DNA from: an uncultured virus (IMG/VR IMGVR_UViG_3300025648_000023)
Lineage: Duplodnaviria > Heunggongvirae > Uroviricota > Caudoviricetes
DNA length: 64,000 nucleotides
Strand: one strand, 5' to 3'
IMG/VR virus record: IMGVR_UViG_3300025648_000023
The notes under the pieces were generated by a model. That model saw nothing but the letters and a program-made list of their open reading frames with translations, was not told the origin of the DNA and ran no database searches. The translations under genes were made by a program, and so were the position numbers. Of the stretch, positions 8,835 to 19,400 are shown piece by piece (position 1 is the stretch's first letter; each line of letters starts with the position of its first letter).

Positions 8835-9509
8835 TTGAGTAAGCCACTACGTTATATTGCCCAACAATCAATGGACTTGTTCTTTCAAGAATATAAGTCT
8901 ATGACAGACTTCTTTGAAATAGAGGACTTTGTTAGAAATGCAGGGGATGCAGTAACTCAAATATACGAACAAACGTATAGGCAGGTTTATGCAGAATTAA
9001 AGAAAGAGGGTAAAGATGAAATAGTTGGGTTTGAGGATGGAATTTTAGCAAGTGCCGACTTAGAAGTTAAAGATGAAAAGTTAGGGGATAAGTTTGTTTT
9101 ATTTGGTGATGATGTAATGCACTTTATGTATTCAAACCAAGATGTAGGGATACAAGATATTGCGATACTTTCCCCCAAATGCGATGCAGGAATAGAAAGG
9201 ATAACTTTCTCTAAACGCTTGAACAAAAAATATATGCCAAAGGTGAATAAGATTTTATTCTACACCGACAACACGGGAATATATTTTCAATGTTTGGGCG
9301 ATTTTTCTTTAAATAAGATTAGGGTTTATTACGTTCCTAAAGCAAGCCCCACAATGGAAGTACCTGATGGGATAGTAGCAGATGTAATAACAAAGACCGT
9401 AATGATGTTTAAAGAAATGGCTAAAGGGGTTGTTATCAAAGAAAGCATAGATAATAATAAGAATAAAATACCCGAAGGGGAAATTAACAAACAAAGTTTA
9501 AAACAATAG
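8835..9509 (+). CDS. putative tail ring/adaptor protein
   Basis: Size and position before the cargo genes; KIRVYYVP...VPDGIVADVI fits a ring-protein layout. Confidence 0.45.
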   Translation: MSKPLRYIAQQSMDLFFQEYKSMTDFFEIEDFVRNAGDAVTQIYEQTYRQVYAELKKEGKDEIVGFEDGILASADLEVKDEKLGDKFVLFGDDVMHFMYSNQDVGIQDIAILSPKCDAGIERITFSKRLNKKYMPKVNKILFYTDNTGIYFQCLGDFSLNKIRVYYVPKASPTMEVPDGIVADVITKTVMMFKEMAKGVVIKESIDNNKNKIPEGEINKQSLKQ

Positions 9510-9511
9510 CA

Positions 9512-9703
9512 ATGGCAATACCTAAAATTAGTGCTAGAGCGATTCAAGCACAACAAGAAAAGAAATGGCAAGTTGAAAATGCTGTAAACACATTGAAACG
9601 TGCAGACGAAATAAGGAACGACAAAAGCCTTATGCGTGACGTTACAAAGCACGTTCAGCAAACACACAAAGCAATAGTAGGCACACCAAACAAACGCAAA
9701 TAA
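9512..9703 (+). CDS. small basic phage protein
   Basis: 63 aa, EKKWQVENAVNTLKRADEIRND, basic C-terminus. Confidence 0.6.
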   Translation: MAIPKISARAIQAQQEKKWQVENAVNTLKRADEIRNDKSLMRDVTKHVQQTHKAIVGTPNKRK

Positions 9704-10768
9704 TTGGCAGCAGCACAAACATATTCACTCGATGAAGTTGTAGACCAACTTTTTATCATAAAACAAGTTGATAAGAAGAAGTACTATGATGCTTATTTAT
9801 TGGCAGCAGAATGGACTTGGAAAGATATTTTCAAGAACACAATAATGTCCCAACAAAGCGTATGGCAACCTGTTTCACAAGATAATGATGGATTGTTTGT
9901 GAATATCCCAAAAGATGCACAAAGGGTTTTCGGGGCGGCGGTTGTAAACAAACACGGTGAAATAGAACCGATATTCTACAACCAAAGATTAAATGTAACC
10001 CCTAAACCAAATACTAAATGTGGTGGTGTTTGCGGTGGTTTGCCAAGTACTGAAACGGATTGGGTAAAGACTTCTGAATATGTTTTTACTTATGGTGGTG
10101 TTGATTACTATTCCTATACTTGGATAAGGATGTTACCTAATGGGGATATTCAACAATGGGTTCAACTACCTTATAAAAAATACAATACACTAAATGGGGA
10201 TAATACGGGGGATTATACGGATGATTATAACGATGATTACTTATTGGTAAACGACACTTCCGACTTAGAAATAGCAATCAAAGAAACTAATACTATTCTT
10301 TGTAATCTTACATTAAAGCCTTGTGGATGCCCCGACAATACCCCACAAAACATTGAATTACTAAACAATCATTGTGGTTGTTATAAAAGATATTGGGATA
10401 GACAAATAAACGAAAATCAAGTTTATTCAGATATAGATGGTAATGACAAGGGTGGTGTTAAGTTATCGCAATGTGGTACACAACTTAGATACAAACCCCA
10501 TCATAAAGATTGCAGAGGCGGTAAAATACCAGACAAACTATTGGTTAATTATCAAACAAACGGTGTTGGTTGCGGCAAAATAGTAGAAGTCCCCGAATAT
10601 TCAGTAGAAGCTATTTGGGCAGGAATAGAATATAGGCTTTCAGATATTAAAATGAAGCAAGCGACTAAACCAAACTATTTAGAAGAATGTAAGAAAATAA
10701 TACAATATTTAAACCCATTAAGTATAACTTCTATTGGGAAGATACAAGATACAAAGAACTATTGGTAA
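9704..10768 (+). CDS. putative tail ring protein with Cys-rich insertion
   Basis: TYSLDEVVDQL N-terminus and LLVNY...VPEYSVEAIWAGIEY C-terminus; internal Cys clusters and GDYTDDYNDDY. Confidence 0.5.
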   Translation: MAAAQTYSLDEVVDQLFIIKQVDKKKYYDAYLLAAEWTWKDIFKNTIMSQQSVWQPVSQDNDGLFVNIPKDAQRVFGAAVVNKHGEIEPIFYNQRLNVTPKPNTKCGGVCGGLPSTETDWVKTSEYVFTYGGVDYYSYTWIRMLPNGDIQQWVQLPYKKYNTLNGDNTGDYTDDYNDDYLLVNDTSDLEIAIKETNTILCNLTLKPCGCPDNTPQNIELLNNHCGCYKRYWDRQINENQVYSDIDGNDKGGVKLSQCGTQLRYKPHHKDCRGGKIPDKLLVNYQTNGVGCGKIVEVPEYSVEAIWAGIEYRLSDIKMKQATKPNYLEECKKIIQYLNPLSITSIGKIQDTKNYW

Positions 10769-10771
10769 GAT

Positions 10772-11560
10772 ATGAAAAGTAATTTTTTACCTATATTACA
10801 ATACGATGCAATGCCTTACGATGCAATAGGCAAAGCGGCAGGTGCAGGAGTGCAACAAATAGTTGGTGCAGGGGAAGCTATTTATGGATTAATAAATGCA
10901 AAAAAGCTAAAGAAACAAGCAGCAGCTATTGATGCAAGGAGACCTATGTATAACATTTCCCCTTATGCAGGTCAAGACGTATCATTGGCAGAAAGTAACC
11001 TATCTAACGGTATGGGTGCAGAAGCTAATCAAGCATATAAAGAGGGGGTTGATAAGAATTTTGCAGCATCACTTTCAGCAATACTAAAAGGTGGCGGAAC
11101 ACCTAATACTGTTTCAAGTGTATTTGGTAATGCAGAAGAAGGGTTAAAAAACTTGGCTATGCTAAAGGAAAGCAATCGTATGGCTAAGATAAATAATTTA
11201 GTACAATCCCACCAATATTACAACGACCAATTAGACAAGCAATGGGCTATCAATAAAGAAAATTCTTGGAAAGACGAAAAGGCGGCAAATACGGGTGCAA
11301 GGGAAAAGAATAGTGCATTAATAATGAGTGGGATAGATACTTATGGTGGTGCATTATCAAATGCGTTTGGGGGCAAATCAATAAGTGATTCTTACAATAA
11401 GTATTTACAACCTGCACAAGCCCCTGCAACACCCGTAGCCTCTAGCAGACCATTAGTTTCAGATTCTATGGATTTAAAAAGTCAAGGTGGTGGTGACGTT
11501 TATGCCCCAAACAATTTTAATTTTGACCCTGTACAAGTGGCAGGGTTTGGAGGTCAATAA
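10772..11560 (+). CDS. putative internal virion (ejection/pilot) protein 1
   Basis: Ala/Gly-rich N-terminus, helical Gln/Asn/Ala-rich body; first of three progressively larger genes. Confidence 0.6.
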   Translation: MKSNFLPILQYDAMPYDAIGKAAGAGVQQIVGAGEAIYGLINAKKLKKQAAAIDARRPMYNISPYAGQDVSLAESNLSNGMGAEANQAYKEGVDKNFAASLSAILKGGGTPNTVSSVFGNAEEGLKNLAMLKESNRMAKINNLVQSHQYYNDQLDKQWAINKENSWKDEKAANTGAREKNSALIMSGIDTYGGALSNAFGGKSISDSYNKYLQPAQAPATPVASSRPLVSDSMDLKSQGGGDVYAPNNFNFDPVQVAGFGGQ

Positions 11561-11571
11561 TATAATAAACA

Positions 11572-13479
11572 ATGGCTTCATTAGCTGAATTACAATCATA
11601 TCAAGGTAATGCTGCATTAGGTGCAGGGGGGAGTGGGAATGTATTGCCCCAAAAGTCTGATTTTGAAAATATAAATCGTGCAGGTGAGTTGTGGGCTTTA
11701 CAACAAGTAAACGCCAATAAAAATATTTTCGACCAAAAAATAAAGGATAGGGATTATAAAAGAAAATTATTTGAAGAAGGGCAAATAAAAGTAGGCACTC
11801 ATTTAGATAGCGATAACCCTATAATAACAAAGGCTCAAAAAGAAGTAAATGATGCTTATGAGAAATTTGTAAACGCCCCGCCTAGCGATACTAAGGCTTT
11901 ACAAGAATATCAAAATGCACATACTAAATATTCGGACATAGTAACAGAAGCACAAAGTAGATACAGTACAATACACGAACAAAAAGATGCAATAGCAAAC
12001 GAACCCAATGCCGCAAAGAAAGCAGAAATGCAAGCACACTTAGATAAACAAATGTCTAAGGGGTTTGGTTATAATATTGACCCTTATCAAAAAGCATTAG
12101 ATTTTAACCCTAATTATGCAGAAGATAAATTAGGTGGTAGCGAGGCTTCTTTTTGGACTAGCCCTACAATAACAGCTAAAGCACAAGGAACTACTACTAC
12201 ACCGACAGGTGAAGTAGCCCCAACGGCAACACCACAAGGCAAACAAACCCAAACAGTAACCGTTGATAATAAAGGCAAAAAAACTATTTCAACAAAAACT
12301 CAATCAGGGGTAGGACAACCCGTAGTTTCAACAGAAAGCGATTACAAGACAGACCCAAAAACAGGAAGGGTTTTCAGAAAAGAACCCGAAAAAATCTTTG
12401 ATTATAATTCTGTTATAGATAAGGCAGCACAAATATATTCAGACCCTAAAAGTAACGACCACGAACAATTTGATGATGGGGTAAGAATGTTTGAAAACAT
12501 ACCCCCACACTTACAAGAAGGGGTAATATCAGACTTATATAGTGCAATAAATAGGTATAATCAACAAACAGAAGGACTTGATGGGGCAAGAAAATTAGAT
12601 TACGACATTTACGATGTAAACAATCCTCCACCATCATTGACTAAAGAACAAATGGCAGCGGGTGTTAAACCTAAACCTATACTTGCTACCAAAGATGCAA
12701 ACGGTAAATATCATCTTAATGTATCTGCACCCGAATATGCTGCACTTCAAGTTTTAGCAAAACAAAAAGCCTTTAAAACAGGTGGTTATGTATTTGATGA
12801 AAAAGCAACAGAATTAGAAGAAAAACGTAGAGAGGGTAAAGCAAAAATAGATGCTTCCGAAGCATTAGCAAGGGAAAGGCGTGAACGTGCTTCATTACTA
12901 GGCAAAAAAGCTAGTGCAGTTGATAAACAATTTAATCCAGCACAAACATTTGATGAATTGTTTAAGGGTAAAATGGAAACATATAGGACAGAAAAAGGGC
13001 AAGTCCCCGTAACAAGGGTCAATGTTAAAAATATGTCTAAGGCGTTTGTTGATAATTTAGGGATAGCCCCAATAAATTCAGATGGGGATTACAATGTTGT
13101 CCCCGAAAACATAATTTTCAAAGGCAAAGAAATACCCGAAGCAGAAATATACGGAATGTATAATAGGTGGTTATCTACTGATGCAGCAAAAGAATTGCAA
13201 GAAAAAACTAAAAAAGCCCCAGATGTATTTGATTTTATATACAAATACGGTGGCAACTTTGATGTTGCAGTAGAAGGTAAAATTGCCCCTAAATATGGGA
13301 TAGATAAAACAACAGGTAGACCGATAGTATTAAACCCTGATGAGGCAGGGAAATTTTTGAGAAGCAATAAGCTACAATCTTGGATAAATCAAAGTAAGGG
13401 GGCTAAAAACAAATCCCTACTTATGAGTGAAGAACAAGAAACAACAGAAGAAAGTTCAGACGAAGCAGTAACACAATAA
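11572..13479 (+). CDS. putative internal virion (ejection) protein 2
   Basis: 635 aa, hydrophilic and helical, no Cys; lies between the pilot-like and giant genes. Confidence 0.55.
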   Translation: MASLAELQSYQGNAALGAGGSGNVLPQKSDFENINRAGELWALQQVNANKNIFDQKIKDRDYKRKLFEEGQIKVGTHLDSDNPIITKAQKEVNDAYEKFVNAPPSDTKALQEYQNAHTKYSDIVTEAQSRYSTIHEQKDAIANEPNAAKKAEMQAHLDKQMSKGFGYNIDPYQKALDFNPNYAEDKLGGSEASFWTSPTITAKAQGTTTTPTGEVAPTATPQGKQTQTVTVDNKGKKTISTKTQSGVGQPVVSTESDYKTDPKTGRVFRKEPEKIFDYNSVIDKAAQIYSDPKSNDHEQFDDGVRMFENIPPHLQEGVISDLYSAINRYNQQTEGLDGARKLDYDIYDVNNPPPSLTKEQMAAGVKPKPILATKDANGKYHLNVSAPEYAALQVLAKQKAFKTGGYVFDEKATELEEKRREGKAKIDASEALARERRERASLLGKKASAVDKQFNPAQTFDELFKGKMETYRTEKGQVPVTRVNVKNMSKAFVDNLGIAPINSDGDYNVVPENIIFKGKEIPEAEIYGMYNRWLSTDAAKELQEKTKKAPDVFDFIYKYGGNFDVAVEGKIAPKYGIDKTTGRPIVLNPDEAGKFLRSNKLQSWINQSKGAKNKSLLMSEEQETTEESSDEAVTQ

Positions 13480-13487
13480 ATTATTAA

Positions 13488-16400
13488 ATGGCAACATCAA
13501 TAAGACAAGATACTAACCCATTAGAAGAATGGGCTGAAAGAAAAAAAGAATCGGTAGCGGAAACGAAACCTATTAAAAAGTCTATTGTTAAAAGTCAAGA
13601 TAAATCACAGCCAACAGTTAGTGAAGAAAACCCACTTGAAGATTATTTTAAAAAAAAAGATGGTACTACAAACTATACAAGTGGGTCAGAAGTTTCAAAT
13701 TTACAAAGCAATCAACCCCCTACGGATGGTCAATCACAATTACCTACGAGCGAACCTAAGCTAAGTTTTGACCAAAACAAACAAAAGTCAATAAAGACAG
13801 TTGAAGAAAACTTAGGCGGTATTTCTGAATATTTTAAAAAACAAGGGTCTTACGATAAAGACTTTCAGCCTTTTTTACAAGGGATAAAATCAGGCAACCC
13901 CGAAACATTAAAAAAGGCTTGTGATATTATAAATACAGAACTTTCAAATAAAATAGATGAATTAAGTAAACCACAAGAAAGTTATGCAGGTTTAGCTAGT
14001 ATGGGTGGTGGATTAGCAGGATTAGGTACTCCCGAAGTTAGGAATGAAATATCATCAGAATCAAAATCACAAATAGAAAAACTAAAGAAGGCTAAAATAG
14101 AAAACTATAACAGCCTACTTAGATATGCAGCAGGTAATCCAAAAGATGCAACAGGGAAATACTTGTCACCCAAAAATATAGGCGATAGGCTTAATGCAGC
14201 AGGATTTGGCGTTTCTAAAGACCAACTTGAATTAGAAGCAAAAGCAGATAAATCAAAGACAAATTGGGCAACAATAGCAAAACAGCATACCGATTTTAGA
14301 AAAGAAACTTTAGGGTATCAGACAATATTGGATGATTTACAAAGCCGTTATGATGATGCTAAAAAGATATATGAAGATAATCAAACAGAAGAAAATCTAA
14401 AAAAGGTTAATGGGATAGCAGATGAATTAAATAATACAAAATCTAACTATAATAATTTAGATTTAAAATACCCCGAAGTTGCAAAGAAAAATTTAGCTTC
14501 GTTGATTTCAGATAATGTTTCTACCAATAGAAGTAGGGCTGATTTTAATTTCTTTAAACCTTCAATAGAAGAAATTAAACAAGGATTTGAGGATATTCGT
14601 AAAGAATCCCCCGAAACGGCAGCTAAATACCAACAAGTATTTAATAGTATTATACAAGACAAGCAATTTGTAGATGTGATGGGCGGTTCTACTCCTAGTA
14701 GTTATGGGCAACCAATAGTACAAGGGGGATTGGGCGGTGCTTTTTCAAGGGGATTGGATGATGTTGTTAATTTATGGGGAGTTGGTGACATTTTAACAAT
14801 GAAACCAGAAGATATAGCGGCAGAAAAATTGGCTACATCTTATTCCCCACAAAAGACCTCTTATCAAAAAGGTTCTGACGAAGGTAGGATAGTGGTAGAC
14901 AAAGAAGGTAATACATTAGTTAAGAAGCAAAATAATCTATCTAATACTTGGGACAATATTGTTAATCTAGTAGGTGAACAAGCCCCTACACTTATTGCAT
15001 TTGGGGGTATAGAAAGTGCTGCAAGTAAGACAATAGGCAAAGGGGTTGTAGGTACACTAAAAGGTGCAACGGGATTAGCAGGTGAATTTGTAGAGGGGGC
15101 AGCAGGAATAGAAGGTGGTACTGCAAGGGAAACGACAAGAAATGCCTTTAAATTTGCGAAGGGTGGAATTGCCGAAGGTTTACAACACGCAATAGGGACA
15201 CAAGCGGGTATTTTTGCTACTTCTTATGGTAAAAATTATGATGAAAGTATAGATAAATTCCCCGACACCCCCGAAGGGCATAATCAAGCACACGCAGCAG
15301 CAGCATTAAAAACATTCGCAGAGGGGACAGCATTTTCTTTAATGGGGATAAGTCCTTCTAAATTAATTGGGGGGACTATTGAAAAAAGTATAAATGCAGA
15401 TATTGATAAGTTTATAACAGAGAATGATTTTAGCAAGATAGGTAAAGAAGAATTTGCGGCAAAATTCGCAGATATGTATGCCCCTAAGATAGAAAAGCTA
15501 GTTTCTTCTACTGTTAAAGAATCTCTTAAAATGGGCGGTATCGGCAATGTCAATGAGTATATAAAAGGCAAGATAGACCAATATTTGACAGGTAAACAAC
15601 CCGAAGAAAGCACTAATGATGAAGAATTTAAGAAGCAAGTAGACATTTTTAAAAGTGGGGCTTTGATGGGGGCTGTATTTTCAGCGTTGCCTAATATGTT
15701 AAACTTTGCAACAAATGGCAAAGAATACGCACCTAGCCACACGGAAACACTAATGCACCTTTCCCAAAACCCCGAAGAAAGCAAATGGAGAGCGCAGCAG
15801 CTTTTTGAAAATGGCACAATAACAGATGCTAGGAGAAATGAATTTATTAAAACAATAAATACATCTGTAAATTCATTAAACGATGCTATTGAATTTGCAA
15901 GGGGAGAAGGGAAAGACTTTAACGACTTAAAGACCCAATCCCAACAAAAACTATTGGCTAATCAATTTAGACAAAGGTACTTTAAGGATATGGCTGATAA
16001 TAACCCTGACTTAAAAGAAAAGGCTATTGAAGAACAAGAAAGATTAAGAAAAGAAGCGTTAGGACTTTTGGAAGATAAAGAAGCAATGCCTATTAGTGAT
16101 GCCTTTGTTAAGGGATTAGATATTAAGATGGTTGTGCCTAAAACAGACGAAAGTAATGGGGGTGAAGTTAAATTAGGCAGCATAAACGAAATAGGGCAAA
16201 ACACAGACAAAACTTTTATTATTGATGGTAAAGAAGTAAATGCAGAAGAAGCCCACCAACACATTTTAGATAAAGCAACAGAATTAGTTGATGCCCCACG
16301 CATAACAGAAACAGAACAAGAAATATTAAAAGGATACGAAAAAAGGATTAAAGAGGGGGAAACTTTGCCTGCCAAGTCCCAAAAAGAATACGAATCCCTT

Positions 16401-19400
16401 TCTAAGAAAAAAGAACTTTACGACAAACAACAATCATTCATTAATCAAACAGAAGATGAGAAAAGCAAAAGTGCCGAACCCCAAACAACCGAAACTACAC
16501 AAGCCAAAAGTGAAGATACCGAAGGTACGCAAACCGAAGATTTAAAGTTCCCCAAAAGGAATGATGATTTTGCTTTCAAGTACTTTAGTGACGAAGAAAA
16601 AAATAAATATGCACAACTAGAAAAAGATGGAGATACCGAAGGTATTTCTAAAATGATTGAAGATAAAAAAGCAGAGTTAATAAGACAATCAGAACATAAG
16701 GTTACACCTACGATAGTAGTTGATGGAAAAGAATATTACGGTGCTAATCACGGGGAAGCAATGGAAGCTGCTATTGCAGACGGGAAAGATATACCTAGTC
16801 CAGATACAGAAGAAGGAGAAGCGTGGAGAACTGAACACGGACAATTTAAAACAGCAGACGGGGATTTATTAACTAGAGAGCAAGCTGAAAATGACCCTAA
16901 TTATGGGTTTAATCAATCAAAGGATATTCCTCCCATTCAATTATTAGTCCCTACATTAGAACCTGTTACTAAAACAGAACAATCCCCTATTGACAACGAA
17001 CCTTTAAAAGAAGGTGATATATTGGCAGATGGTCGTGAAGTATTAGGCGTAAATGAAGAAAAAGGGCTAATCACATTAAGAAAAGATATTGGTGAAGGTA
17101 ATTTTGAAACACAAACTATCCCACTTAAAGAAGCTACCGATATTGGTAGAAAAACAAAAACAACAACAGATGAAAGCATCAGCAAAGAAAGAGGTAAAGA
17201 AGGTCGCCAAAAAGGCGGTAGAAAAGAAGGTCGCCAAGAAAGCGATAAAAAAGGCAATGTAATTGGTGGGGACGGTACATCATCTAGTGAAGGTGGTGTA
17301 CCTCCTACTAATCCTCCTACAAGTAAAGAAAATACCCCCGAAGAAAATAGACAAGTTTGGATAGGGATACAAAAAGCTATGTTAGGGGACACCGTATTAA
17401 AAGTAATGGGAACTTTAGATAGTGTTACAAATAAAGAAACCATACAAAAGGCTATTGATATGCTTTCTGATATGGCTTCTAATGGCAGTAAGACTATTAT
17501 TGATGCAGCAAAAGATTATACTGACAAATGGCATGATATATTATTCAAAAAGACATCTAAAGGCGACCCAATATTAGATAGTCAAGGCAGACCCGAAATT
17601 AATAGAGGTGTTGGTATTCCCACTGAATTATTAGGGGCTATGGGTGTTAGACAGGCTTATTTGGCAGATATGCTTAATAATACTACCGACCTAGAAGAAC
17701 AAGGTAAAATTGCAGTAGAGATGCAAAGGGTTGACGAAGTTTTAAGGGTAGCACAAAATGAGTTGGGACGTAACTTTCAGTTTTTACAATCACTATTCAA
17801 GTTGGGTAGCGATGGTGAAATATTGTATAGGAGAAATGTTTTATCCAAAGCTATTGACGAAGAAATCCCCGATAATAAAGAAGCATTAGATAAGCGTATC
17901 GGCGAATTAAAAGAAGGGGATAAGGAAGATATAGAAAAGGCTAAAATGCTAAAAGAAGCCTATGATGAATTAGAAAAATTAAAGAACAAAACAAAGGCAG
18001 CCGAAGAATCTACTCAAAAAGAAGTTGATAGGATTACAAAAGAAGATTTTGACAAGGCTATTGCCGAAGCAGAAAAAAGAGGTCGTGAACAAGCCGCAGC
18101 CGAAAAGAAAAAAGGCAAAACCCCTCAATCTGAAATATTAAAGAAAACAGGGAAAGATTGGGCAAACAAAATTCGTTCATTAAAGATAGATAATAATAAT
18201 ACTTTAAGTGCAGATATAACATTAGGATTAGGCAGACCAACTTGGAATCTATTAGTAGAATCTGTTGCAAAATTAGTAGAAGCAGGTAGTGAAATAGGTG
18301 CAGCTATATCTAAGGTTTTAGAAGATAAAGAATTTTCTTCATTGAAGAAAGAAGATGTAGAAAAGTCATTAATAGGGGGTGTTGATGCTAAAACTAAAGA
18401 ACAAATTGATGCTAACAGGCGAAATGCAAAAGAGTATAAGGCACTTGAAACAGAACGTAACAGGCAAATAAGGGTTTATAATGACTTAAAAGAAAAGTTA
18501 GCTAAATTAGTAGATACAGGCAAAAAAGAGGTAAAAGAGAAAGGTGAAACAAAAAAAGACACGCCCGAAATAGAAGATTTAAAAAGTAGGATAGAGCAAG
18601 TAAAAAAAGATATTTCCGAAAGAGATGCGCACGAAAAGAAAATGCAAGGGCTACAAGATGAATTAACCCGTTTGCAAAACAGAACCCCAAAAGAGAAAAA
18701 AGAAGCAGGAGATAAAGTAGTTAGTGCAGAAGAACAAAAGCTAAAGGATGCTATTGATTTAGAAAGGAAACAATGGGCTTTAGAAAAGTCGGCTGAAAAT
18801 AGGATTAAAAATGCCGAAACTGAATTAAAAAGGGTACAGGATAGGATTGAAAACCCAAAAACAGAACCTTCTGAAAATAAATATCTTACTGAAAGGGAAG
18901 CTGAATTGGCTAAAGAAATTGAAAAAGAAAAGAAAGATTGGGCGCACGAAAAGAAAATGCAAGAGCTTGAAAGTAAGTTGGATGATATTAAAAACAGGCG
19001 TGAAAAAGCAGAAACCCAAAAAGAAAAGCAAGTTATTAGTGCAGAGGAACAAGCTAAACGTGATGAAATAGATGAGGCTCAAAAAGAATGGGATAAAGAA
19101 AAAAGGGTAGAACGTTTACAAGAAAAACTAGAAAAGGTAAAGCAGCGTATTGTTGAAGAAAAATCCCCTACTGAAAAGAAGAAACTTAGTGAAGAAGAAA
19201 AGTCTTTATTGCAACAGATAAAAGACGAAAATGCAATTTGGGCAACAGAAAACAAATATGATACACATCAAAAATTAGAAGACATATCAAGTGTAGCCAA
19301 AGAACAAGGGGTTACTACATTATCCCCTAAAATAGTTGAAGATGGATTAGTTCAAAATCTTATGGATTCTTATTTAGGGAAAGGCTTAAATAGTTCAGAA

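Noticed and set aside
13660..13764. +1-frame ORF MVLQTIQVGQKF... after the A9 run
   Set aside because: No distinctive composition or motif; weaker than the -1 frame candidate, though not strictly excluded.
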